DNA of 64,000 nucleotides from Schmidtea polychroa (Eukaryota): NCBI GenBank assembly GCA_044892525.1, contig CM097886.1, positions 14,570,001 to 14,634,000 of the forward strand, read 5' to 3'. Shown piece by piece: positions 11,029 to 22,550 of this stretch (position 1 is its first letter; each line of letters starts with the position of its first letter). The notes under the pieces were generated by a model. It saw only the letters and a program-made list of their open reading frames with translations, ran no database searches and was not told where the DNA came from. The position numbers and the translations under genes were made by a program.

Positions 11029-11646
11029 CAACATAAAATAATATTAAAAATTTGAAAATAATATTGAAAATAAATATTAAAAAATATATAGTGTGGATAT
11101 CTTAGGAAATATATCTTGTATATTTTATTTTTTTATTAATAAATTAATTTTTAAACATAAATGTGAAAAAAAATTATTGAAATGGGTATGGTGGCGAACC
11201 GCTAATTATCGCCACCAGTCTTTCGAACACCCATGGGAGCGATCCACACTCGAGTCGACTTATTTGTCTTTGGTTTCCTCTTTCGAATCTCTTTCAAATT
11301 TCATTTGTACTTTCGGCTTCGTGAGCGAGAAGTGATAATAACACGCATTACAACTATCGAATTGATTCTGATGTATGAGTCTGGTTAGCTTGTATATTGG
11401 AAGAGATTCGATAAACGAAAGAGGTTAAAATTGATAAATAAAAAATGATCCGGATCAAAAAAAACTGTTGAGAGGACATTGGAAAAAAACAAATACCACT
11501 GCCCTCTGAGAGCAGTTTTACTGTTTCATAAATTTTTTTTATTCTTTAAATTACAAGACATCAAGATTACAAATAAAAAAAATAATTAATTATAAATTTC
11601 ATCAATAAATATTCACACAATAACAACTTATTTTTTAGTATATATA

Positions 11647-11726
11647 GCAGTAATAGCTTAGTGGTAATAGCACTCGATTGCATTGTCAATACCAATGGGT
11701 TCAAAACCCATTTCGGTCAATTTTTT
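11647..11726 (+). pseudogene. tRNA-like pseudogene or SINE head (Cys-like GCA loop), Pol III cassette 3
   Basis: TAGCTTAGTGG at 11,654; perfect T-stem ATGGG-TTCAAAA-CCCAT; TTGCATT loop; T6 terminator. The acceptor stem does not pair. Confidence 0.6.
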
Positions 11727-11859
11727 CAAATTTATTTTTAACCAAATATTTATCAGCAAACTCGATTTAGTACCTGTACAAATTTTTAAGGTAATTAGTC
11801 AACGACATCAATTAGAAATTTTTATATTTTTCAATTTTTCAATTTTTATATGTTAAAGT

Positions 11860-12123
11860 CTAGTAGTGTATATAATGGGAACACCGGCTTACCCTCACCT
11901 ATTTTAGAAATCACTAGATAAAAAAATTACTTAGAATTCAACAAATCTTTAGATTGAAGTTTCTATTACACATATATTTTGGGCATCTATTTTTTTCAAA
12001 GCACCCATCTTTTTTAAAAAAATATTTTTTCAATGTTAAAAATCGTTAATGTTAAGATTTTTTAAATTAGTAATACCTTAGACGGGTGGGGTGAGCCGGT
12101 GTTCCCATTATATACTCTACTAG
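11860..12123. mobile_element. 264-bp MITE-like element with ~35-bp inverted termini
   Basis: CTAGTAGTGTATATAATGGGAACACCGGCTTACCC versus GGGTGAGCCGGTGTTCCCATTATATACTCTACTAG (2 mismatches). Confidence 0.8.
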
Positions 12124-12179
12124 TTTACCTCGTTGACCATCAACGCAGACGTCACAAAACAGATCGGATTTTCAAATTC

Positions 12180-12320
12180 ATTTGATCAGTCAAAACGAAG
12201 ATATGAACAACAACGATCAAAACAATACTGGGGATGAAAAGAAGTAGGACATATAAGAGATCAGTGTCTAAAATGTTCCCGTTGCAAGATGACTGGCCAT
12301 TTCAAATTTCAATGCTTCGA
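12180..12320 (+). pseudogene. Gag-like zinc-knuckle fragment
   Basis: EVGHIRDQCLKCSRCKMTGHFKFQC (one complete and one decayed CCHC). Confidence 0.6.
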
Positions 12321-12489
12321 TTTAAAAGGAACTCAAAGCTACAGATATCAACAGAATCTGACAGCGATTGCAGACACATGAGATAATGAGAATCTGATGC
12401 CCGACAGCGAGTACTCAAATGCCAACATTCAAACACAGGAGAAAGTGATATGAAAAAAAATCAAGAAATTTTAGAAAGCGACAAAATAT

Positions 12490-13670
12490 TTATAATCGAG
12501 CCAACTTACATACAGTAAAACAAACAAATACAACAAACCAATGTTAAAAAGATTTACAACAAGATCCTATAAAAGATTTGGTGTTGACGATATATTGCAA
12601 ATGAGATTTGATGGAAATGATTCCATATTCGAATATCTACAAAGGTTACAATTATATTTTGACATGCATCGATGTATTTAGTCGATTTGCAAGAGCTATA
12701 CATGTTAAAACTAAATTTGCTGTTGAAGTTTACGTGAAAATAAATAAAATAAGTGAAAGCGGGTATTGAATGCGGGTATCTAATTAGATATACTATTATG
12801 TATTATATTTTTATTTGTAGGTGCGTGTGTGTTAAGGAGATTTGAAGAGCACAGGCGAGTCCTCAGTAAATAAACTGACTCGGACAGCTGGGGTGAATGT
12901 GTGTAATACTATGTATATGAATCATAAATAATGGCAAAAAATAAAAAATATCAAACAATAACTTATTTTTTAACTCTAAACTTTTACTACTAAAAATATA
13001 TAGAAAAAAGACTTTCGATTTATTTGTACAATTAACTTCGACCAAATGTTTTCGTTCCGAGACTCGAGATAAAGGATTTAATGAGATTTATTTCAATTGA
13101 ATTAGTTGCGCGCTCACTCAGGGAATCTAAAATCGAATCGGAGATTTATATACAATTGTATAAATTTATGAAGTTGGATGTAGTTGACTTTTATTATTAA
13201 AATAATAAAAAAAACCTTAGTTAATTTTTTCCAATTTATTTATACAATCAGCTTCAACCAAATGATTTTGTTCTGGGACTTGAGATTTGAGATTTCATGA
13301 GATTTATTCCAATTTATTTGTATAGTTAACTTCAACCAAAAGTTTTCGTTCTGTGACTCGAGATTTGAGATTTAATGGGATTTATTCTAATTGAATTAGT
13401 TGCATAACATGTTTTTGTGATTGATTTGGTAAATTATCGCTATATAGTTTTTTTAATTACAGAAGTGACAAAAATGGCAAAAATTATTATTCATATTAAA
13501 TTATAACAAAAAAATAAAATATGTCAATATATTACATTTACTAATGAAATAGCTCAAGCAATCAAGACTTGATGGACATCCAAATAATTTACAAACTGAT
13601 TTTGATAAGGACTACAATAATAAGGTAAAACAAATTTTAAAAGAAAATCATGTAAATCACTGTTTCTGGC
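12490..13670 (+). pseudogene. Second Polinton-type integrase relic in two pieces (12,490-12,760 and 13,560-13,670)
   Basis: KPMLKRFTTRSYKRFGVDDILQ / DLMEMIPYS..YKGYNYILTCIDVFSRFARA, then after ~800 bp of unrelated sequence GHPNNLQTDFDKDYNNKVKQILKENHVNH. Confidence 0.7.
13018..13404 (+). repeat. Three diverged copies of a ~77-90-bp repeat (two in tandem)
   Basis: ATTTATTTGTACAATTAACTTCGACCAAATGTTTTCGTTCCGAGACTCGAGAT...GAGATTTATT variants at 13,018, 13,234 and 13,311. Confidence 0.8.
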
Positions 13671-14654
13671 AATCTTGTTTGAGGTTTTGTATAAATTTTG
13701 AGTTTTGTCGCGTTTTTGTTCGCGTTTGTTTTTATACAATGTTGTGGATTTATGATTATCCATTCCTTCATATCAAGTATTCGAATTCTTTATTTGGAAT
13801 TTATTGTTTGCTTTCTTTGTTGTAATTTGGATATTATTATCGATTCGAATTTTGATAATAATATAATTTTGTGAATGTGAAATTTATTTTGATGATATTT
13901 GCCAAAACAGTTTATTGTATGACACAGAATTATGGTTAAAGAAAAATCTTTGAATAAAGTCCATTTGAATCCAGATGTTCTTTCGAATTTTGATAAACTA
14001 ATTTTGATAACAACGCAAATAAAGGAAAGTTTAGTGAATAAACAGATGATAAAATAAATGAAGTGTGATATGAAACCTTCTCTTATTGATTTAATCATTA
14101 CCACTTTGAATTCGGAATTCACAGAGAAAGAGAGTGACTAGCGGTCGGATAAATGATTAGAATCTCAATGGACAAGTTAAATCAAGTGGAAACAAATTTA
14201 GTAATTTAATGAATTTCAAATGCAATAACACTCCAATTAAAGATTTATTCAACAGGAACAATCACAATGATGTGCATTCTCAGTATAAGGCAGTACATGC
14301 CGAATGGTTTTATGGAAACTAAAATTACTTTACCTTTCTAACAAGCCTTAAAATACAATGACTTTTCAAGAATCAAAAGTAATGACGGAAAATAAGTTAT
14401 TGTTTGCTATTCTTTATTTTTTGTGAATTATTGATTTAAAGGACAAAACGGATAATAAAGTCAGTATTAATATTTAAATATCTGTTGTTAATAGTTAGAA
14501 CAATGTGAAAGACGAACTCAGTAAATAATGTAGATTCTATATCTATATTATTGCACAGAAAATATTGATAGTCCTTTTTTGTGCTACCGATCAAGTCTAT
14601 CAAAAATATTAAGACATATTTCATTTTCCTTCTCAAAATTAATGCTCTATTGTC

Positions 14655-15656
14655 TGTTGTGGTTTCGATATTCGGGAACACTCAACTTACTGGTTCTTAT
14701 AAATATATATATATATATATCAAAAGATAGAATATTTTCAAAAACCTTTATTATGAATAAAATTTACCGGTTACAAAGTATTCTTAATTACAAATCTTTC
14801 AAATATCCAACAGAATATGCGTGTATGTAATATGCGAATGTTGTGTTTCTTTTGCTGGGTTGCGTGTAAGCTTTTGAACTTTTCTGTAGTATTTGTTCTA
14901 TTTTGATTACTAATAAGGATTAACCTTTTTAGTGTGTTATTGCGGTTAAATTTTTGGGCGAAAGAAATGAATTTTGAATCGCTATTTATACTGTTTTTGT
15001 GTTTATGAAATTAAATTAATATATTTTTATAAGTGTACTTATAAGAAGTAAATGGTGATTATATGATTATTAATATAAAACTATTATTATTGCTGGCATA
15101 TGTTTTACAGTAAATGATAATTATAAAAGTATTATTGCTAAAAATTAATAAAATTATTATTATTGCTGGCATATGTTTTATAATTGCTGAAAGCTACTTA
15201 TTGAATTATTTTCGTTTACCATTTTTTCAACTTTAAACCATATGCTTTTATTTTTTTGTATATGAAATTATTACTATTACTGGCATATGTTTTATAATTG
15301 TTGAAAGCTACTTATTGAATAATTTTCATTTATAATTTTTTTCGATTTTAAACCATATGCTTATATTTTTTAATTAATAATTAATTCCCAATATATATTT
15401 ATTTTAATGTACATATTAATAAAACATAACCCTAAAATCAAAACATAAAATAAATAAGATACAATGATAAGTCAATAATCAAGGATAACACATAATTGTT
15501 AATATAAATGTTTCGAATTGTTCGAAGGGTCTGGCTCATCTGTCTGATTTGGTTGTTAGGGCTCCACGTAAATATTCACTCTAAATTTGTTGCTGCCCGT
15601 TCTATAATAGTGGGTCAGCTCAAATTCTTTAATTCTCCTTCCTCTGTCATCCAACA
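14655..15656. mobile_element. Solo LTR (1,002 bp), TSD TGTC
   Basis: TGTTGTGG...TCCAACA flanked by TGTC on both sides; the empty site is visible in the 18.7-kb copy. Confidence 0.9.
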
Positions 15657-15778
15657 TGTCTATAAGAGAAATTCTACAAAAATAACTAAAAATTGTAAAT
15701 ATAAATTACAAAAACGTGCAATGTATCAGTATCTTTATTTTTATAAGGTATGTGATAAGCTTTCAATTTAAAATGTTT

Positions 15779-16682
15779 TGTTGGGGTTCAACAAGAGAGG
15801 CACAAAAATGAGGTGAAAACTGACAAAAACACCAAATTCAAAATAAAAATTTAAAGTACAAAATATTAATTAAAAATCAAAAATTTTAAAAAATGAATAT
15901 TTTCTGGGGGAAACTGATATGGGCGGATGCTAAATAATGAGACGAGTTCAGCTATAATAAAATAAAATCAATGGGGGGTCCCTAAAAGGAATAAATTATA
16001 AAAAACAAAAATTAATTAAAAATTAATTAACTAATGGAAAACCCGAGCTAATGGGAAACCCGAGCTAATGGAGAACCCGAGCTAATGGGAAACCCGATAT
16101 AATGGAAAACCCAAGCGAATTGAGAAATCCAATTTTAGGAAGGCAATTAATTTAGCCGGAGAAATTCAATTTTGGGAAGGCAATTAATTTAGCCGGAGAA
16201 AAAGTAAAAAGCGCCGTCAAAGAAAAGGAACAAATTCCCTTCAATTAAATTAGACCTCCAAGAGGAAGCCCGGGCTGAAATAAAACCAAAAATAATTGGC
16301 AAAAATAAAGTCAATTACCAAGCGAGTATAAAAGCAACTGGCAAGAAAACAAAATGCCAGTTGGTCGAAGAAAAGAAAATAGAAGTTTGAAGAGAGCGAA
16401 AAGGGAAATATTAAAGTTAGTAGAAATTAAACCATTTAAAAATCGAACGTACCAGAAAGGGACATCTCCCGTTGGAAGATCTACCCCTGCGTGAGATTTG
16501 TTAATAAATTGAAAAGTGCAGACAAAACCTGATTGTATCAAGTGTGAGTAAACTAATACAAGTGTAAAAGTGTAACTGCATCAGTGTCAATAAAGATTTT
16601 GTGTTGGGTTATTTATTTATTTATTTGCAAAAGAACACAAAGGAGTCAGACCGTAGTACCGACTTACATTAAAAACCCAACA
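15779..16682 (+). mobile_element. Solo LTR (904 bp), TSD GTTT
   Basis: TGTTGGGG...CCCAACA flanked by GTTT; internal 17-bp tandem ACCCGAGCTAATGGGAA; TATAAAA and AATAAA on the + strand; the empty site is visible in the 18.9-kb copy. Confidence 0.92.
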
Positions 16683-17897
16683 GTTTTAATGTACCTTGAT
16701 GAATGAAAATTCTCCGATTGAATGCTTCATACGTATATAGTTTTATAACATAGCGAGTTATTGATATGGTTTTAGTTTTTTTAATAACCTACTTTCTTTA
16801 AGTAGATTTCTGTAATATTCCATAGTATAAATTATCTCTATACCTTAATGATTGAAAGGAAATAACTATTTTTGAGTAAGTGTCTACTTTCTACTATAAA
16901 ATTAAATTGTTTATAATGCATGATTTATACACTGTACGTTAATTATTAAAAGTATGTGTATATATATAATGTAATTGGCCTTGTGTACTTTGCACTTAGT
17001 ATTGAAGATCATATTCTCAATAGTGACTGTAAATTAGGAAATATTATTATAAATTCAATATACAAAAAAATTTTGTGATTAAAATGGTCTTTGTTTTTAA
17101 GACACGGCAAAATTTGTGATAGGTTATATATATATATATATATATTTGCTGTTGGTGGTGTCACATATTGATGTCCATTACAAATTGTGTAATACTATTT
17201 ACTAATAAGTAACTATTTGACATTGAAAATTTATGTTTACAGAGTTTCAACTGAAAATTGACTTTTCACTATTAAATGATGCATAATGTGCCTAATTCAA
17301 CCAAGGTTGTCTTTCAACACTCTCCAGTATTATATTTATTATTAAATATTTGTTTTTATTAAATTTCTATTCTAAAATATTCGTCGAAAACATTGTACAT
17401 TGACGGTGTTAAAATATGTCATGAGGGTAAAATATAATTCAGGTCTTATCTGATGATACAAGGTATTAGAAGATTTTCCAATGCACACTTTGTAAGATCT
17501 CAAATGAATTTATACATTTGATAAGCTCGCTATAGTTGTTGGTGGATCAATAATAATTTAGGAAGTGATTACGAAGTCACTGGATTAGATAAAAATGATA
17601 TCGAGTTTCTTACATGGTACTGATAAGACAAAACTAGGCTAGAAAATAGTTTCCACTAAACTCTATTACTTTATTTTAAACAGACAATCATCCGGAAATA
17701 AAAGCTGTTTGATTTATGAAATGTTTTAGAAATATGTAAGCAAGTTTTAAAAAATAAAATACAATTGCGAAAAAATATTTATTTATTAAAAAAAAATTAT
17801 TTTTTAAAATTTCATTGATTTCTTGATGTTTTTAATAATTTGCTCCATTTTTAATGATCTGGTTCAATTTATTCAAATGCGAAATCATTTCGTTTCT

Positions 17898-18477
17898 TTA
17901 TCGATGAGACTTTCTCATCATTTTCATTTTATGTCGTAAATTTCTCAATCGATTGGAAATCTTGAATCCTCGCTTTTCTATTTGATTGATTTGATCGTCA
18001 TATTCATCGTTCAATTGATCGATTATCTGAGATCTTTTCATTAGACCTGATATGAATTTTGTGATTGGAGCTCCTCCAGTTGCTATTGTATTTTCAACCA
18101 TTGCTGAAGGATTCGGTACGATATGGTCATCATTGAGTGTGAGATACAATTCACCGAGTTCATTGACTTTATCTAATGCTTTCGGGTCTACTACTGTTTC
18201 AAGTGGCTTTGTTGCTTCTTTAATTGAGTTTTTCAAAAGGATTCCTGGAACTGGAACCAATTTTCCTCCATTAAGATCTTTGTATTTGTTGACAATTTCG
18301 TTGAAATTTGGAAAAGAGAACCGTTTTTCTATGTTTTCCTGTAATCAATAAATCATAAATAATACTGAAGGAAGAATATCAAATGAAATATTTTACTTGA
18401 TCTGAATCATATTGTTGATTTGTGATATCAGATTTAACAAGACATAGAGTAAAAATTGTAAATAAAATAAATTTCAT
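17898..18477 (-). CDS. Spliced secreted precursor protein, 173 aa (exon 1 18,477-18,397; intron 18,396-18,339; exon 2 18,338-17,898)
   Basis: Signal-like MKFILFTIFTLCLVKS; 58-nt phase-0 intron GTAAAA...TTACAG joins in frame; three KR sites; AATAAA downstream. Confidence 0.75.
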
Positions 18478-18544
18478 TTTTTAATAGAATGATAAATAGA
18501 TGAGATTTTATATGACTCGATGAGATTTTATGACTCGAAAATTA

Positions 18545-19136
18545 TTGATTAAAGGACAAAACGGATAATAGAGTCAATATTAATATTTAAATATCTGTTG
18601 TTAATAGTTAGAACAATGTGAAAGATGAACTCAGTAAATAATGTGGATTTTATATCTGGATTAATGCACTGAAAATATTGATAGTCCTTCATCTTCTTTG
18701 TGTTACCGATCAAGCCTATCAAAAATATTAGGACATATTTCATTTTCCTTCTCAAAATTAATCTTCTATTGTCTATAAGAGAAATTCTAGAAAAATAACT
18801 AAAAATTGTAAATATAAATTTCAAAAACGTGCAATATATCAGTATCATTATTTTTATTAGGTATGTGATAAGCTTTCAATTTAAAATGTTTTAATGTACC
18901 TTGATGAATGAAAATTCTCCGATTGAATGCTTCATATGTATATAGTCTTATAACATAGCGAGTTATTAATATGGTTTGTTTTTTTAATAACCTACTTTCT
19001 TTACCTAAATTTCTGTAATATTCCATAGTATAAATTATCTCTATACCTTAATGATTGAAAGGAAATAACTATTTTTGAGTAAGTGTCTACTTTCTACTAT
19101 AAAATTAAATTGTTTATAATGCATGATTTATACACT
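18545..19136. repeat. Copy 2 (uninterrupted) of the ~590-bp duplicated segment
   Basis: Direct sequence match to the 14,431-16,933 pieces. Confidence 0.9.
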
Positions 19137-19450
19137 TGGTGGGTTACTGATGATCAAATATTTTGCTCTTTAGTGCTGTAACCAGTGTAACCCAAGATAC
19201 AACATTATTTACCGCTTGATACCCGTTGAGCGATCAACGTTGGTACTGTATCAAGAGGGTGAGTGCTTGCAAAAATTGAGCGCACTATTTGCACTATAAT
19301 TGCCGGGCGCTCTTATGGGTTGCCGATAGAAGTCTTGTGTCCGATTTGGCCTGGTCCCTTCACCAGATTGTCTTCCCAATACCATGCCCTATTCATCCCA
19401 CTTATCTCCCACATACATCATTTTTTTCAATTCATGCACACACGCACATG
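19137..19450. mobile_element. Diverged LTR-like fragment related to the 48.6/62.3-kb LTR
   Basis: Starts TGGTGGGTTACT exactly where the duplication ends; shares GTTGGTACTGTA and GCCGATAGAAG.TCTT with the large LTR. Confidence 0.4.
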
Positions 19451-20886
19451 TTTCATGGCACCTTTCTATTGAAAGTTAATAATTATTTATTAAAATACCA
19501 CACATAATTCAGGTTTATGTTGGGTTAATTTCCCGTTCAATCAAAATACCAAAAATGAATACTTAATTTTAATTCAGGCAATCCAGATTAAATTAAAGTT
19601 GAGTTTAATTATCTAGATTTCTTTTCCTTTTAAATTTAAATTTTCAATTAATAATAAAAATTTAATCCAAGGTGTTTAAATCACCTATTTATAATCAACA
19701 TAATTTTGATAATTTGAATTTTTTTTTCTAATTTATAATGGTAAATCTAATATTTTTAATTTTAAATATATATCGCTGAACAATTCAGCTCTATTGGTGC
19801 TTGGCAAATTGTCAGAATCCCCCATAGATTCTTAATTTGTCATCACTTAGGCGGGTTGTCCGGTTCAGCGTAATCACTTAGCTAATCCCCCATATTTAGA
19901 GATACGTATGGAAAACGGCCCGTCATAATGTCGGTCTGTACCAAGATTGAGGTTTATTTCTGCCCGGATTTGTAACTCACATCCTTGAATTACAGAGTCT
20001 CTCTCCTTGAACCGGTTAGTTGGTATTTTATGACAATTTCAGGAATTCAACATTTTTATCGGGAAATTTAAATGGATAGTATAATTTCTCAACATTGTGA
20101 ACTGATTTTGTGTAACGGATTTCGGTAATATTTTAACGTCTTAATGGATTTTTTTTCTCTTCTGAAAATGATTTAAGTAATATTTTAGTAATAATTTGTA
20201 CTCTTCTGTAGATGATTTTGGTAATATTTTAGCGTTTTGAATGAAATTTTTTTAAAGTCGTATTTTGACACTAAATGATTCAAAAATGGTTCCATGCTTC
20301 CGGTAAGTATATTTGATTTTATCTTTCTCAATTTTTTGCTTGTATTTAATTAATAAATGTAATAAATTTAATGTAGTTTGGCTCGACCATCGGGCGGGGG
20401 TGCTTCTAAAATTAGAATATGTAAAATTCTAGGGACATTATTGGAGAAAGGTGTTCTATATTTACCTTCGACATTAGGGGGAATCCTAAATCGATAATTT
20501 TAATAAAAATTTTTCTTTGTATAAGTAAATTACCCAATTAATTAATAATACATTAGCTTATTAGTAGTATTAACACGATCCCGATTAATATATAACTTGT
20601 GGGCGTATTTAGAATAATTTTAAATTATATTTTATGAATTTGATATTGATATATACACATACATATAAATATATACACACATACATATACCTATATATGT
20701 ATATAATTTAAATTATTAATATTGATGTCGTTTGCGACCATTATATTATTTGGGGGGGGGGGGTGTTACTAATAATAGACCTTAGTGATTTGCTTTAATA
20801 TTATTTGGGATAAATGTTCTAAAATTAAATTTGTCATTAAGGGAATCCCAAAATCGATAATTTTGTTTAACATTTTATTTTTATAA

Positions 20887-21054
20887 NNNNNNNNNNNNNN
20901 NNNNNNNNNNNNNNNNNNNNNNNNNNNNNNNNNNNNNNNNNNNNNNNNNNNNNNNNNNNNNNNNNNNNNNNNNNNNNNNNNNNNNNNNNNNNNNNNNNNN
21001 NNNNNNNNNNNNNNNNNNNNNNNNNNNNNNNNNNNNNNNNNNNNNNNNNNNNNN
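20887..21054. other. Assembly gap (168 N)
   Basis: N run. Confidence 1.
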
Positions 21055-22550
21055 AGTGAAGGCTATCAGATTCTACTGTCCTGCTAGAAGATTCTCATGA
21101 AATATGGCAATTATGACACAAAGAAAGCTAATATTACCCCAATGAATAAGCCTTTCTATCAGACCAGAAAGATCCAACCTATCAAACCTACTAATAACAA
21201 GACACCGGCTCCTAATGAACCATTCAATAATATGCTTACAACTTCTTATCCCAATGAAAGGATCTCTATGCCTCATTACAATAATGAGATGAAAATTACA
21301 TTTCCAAATGAAAAAACCTTTATGCCTCACCACAATGAGATGAAAACTTCATACCCAAATGAAAGGATCATTATGCCCTACAACATCAGTGATGAACAGA
21401 TGAAATCGTTCTGCCCTGAACGTAGGATCCATATCCTAAAAAATAACGATTTCAATAAAACCGTAAAATATGAATGAGCCAATGCCCGGAGCTTCAGAAA
21501 GGACACGGCTTGCCGTGATTATCTGATACCCATCCCGACTGAAGTGTGGGTTTTTAACTCTAGCATCTGAAGATTTAACCATAAAAGCTGGAGATTACAT
21601 AAGGGCGAGAATTGATCTCCCTTTTTCTGGCCAAGTGGCCCGAGTTCTGTATTAAAATAAAATTTGATTTTTTTTTTCGAACGAGACCATTTACAAGAGT
21701 AAAAATTCAACAATTTTTGATAATCACCTCAACAGTCTGATAGAAGCTAATAAGAGTGCAGAGGAATTTATTGTCGAACATAACATCCCACAGCTACCAC
21801 TAGTGAACGACTATTACATATAAATCACTCGATTTTTATTTCTAAACCAGAATTACAGAATTTTAGTTTTAACTTATTTAGTTAATTTGGATAAATAAAT
21901 AAAGTATCGATTTTTCTTTTAGTTCTCTCAAACCGATTTCAATCAATGAGCATACACTAGACCCTCGGATAAATAATAGTAACCACCTTTCGCGAATTAC
22001 CCCTTTATTGAACCAGATTAAGTAGAACTAATCTGTCACGCTAACTCGCCAACAAGTCAATCCCCGTTGACTTGAGGTACAATTACATCATAATACCCTT
22101 TCTCGTAGAAACCGCAATGAGGACCAATCCTGACGTAAACAGAAGACCTGCAGTGGAGCTTAGCCCAATTGACCCGGTAAGAACGCACGGATTCCCTGTT
22201 GAAAAGCCGTAATCGATACCAATAACGCCGACAAGCAGATTTTGAGCGATTAGCATTTATTTAAATACCCAATGTTAAGTCGACAATTAAGGATTAATAG
22301 CAAACAAAATTCTTCTGATTGGCAAACTTGATACGATGCTTATCATCGTTAACCAGCATACACTTGCATAGATGAGGCAATTGCTGAAGCTAAGGGTAGC
22401 TTGTGTTAGATGATGAGGGTAGGCCCATCACTACATTTACCTTAGAGAAGTATTATAGAACTGGGCCAAACAAATATAGGGTTAATGTGTTCGCCGAAGA
22501 GCGGAATTAGACAAAACTTCTCTATGTCTTTAAAGTTTCGTCATACCTAT
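21055..22550 (+). mobile_element. Highly decayed Ty3/Gypsy gag-pol relic
   Basis: Gag-like ORF 21,097-21,477 with PNE..MP..N.EMK repeats; RT remnants KLD..DAYH (frameshifted) and DDEGRPITTFT at ~22,320-22,440. Confidence 0.5.

Larger units (their letters stand above)
14431..16933. repeat. Copy 1 of a ~590-bp duplicated segment, interrupted by two solo LTRs
   Basis: Collinear with 18,545-19,136 once 14,655-15,656 and 15,779-16,682 are removed. Confidence 0.9.

Noticed and set aside
10770-11726. Functional tRNA genes
   Set aside because: Acceptor and anticodon stems do not pair; kept only as Pol III-like cassettes
13700-14122. Non-LTR RT fragment
   Set aside because: Only one weak motif (KFERTSGFK); insufficient
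16970-17700. Possible decayed intron-containing host gene
   Set aside because: Protein-like snippets (CWWINNNLGSDYEVTGLDKNDIEFLTWY) but no consistent exon chain
19140-19200. Hammerhead ribozyme (CTGATGA)
   Set aside because: No downstream GAAA or stem II
21480-22550. GC-richer block that looked like rRNA
   Set aside because: No conserved SSU/LSU motifs on either strand; decayed RT motifs explain it
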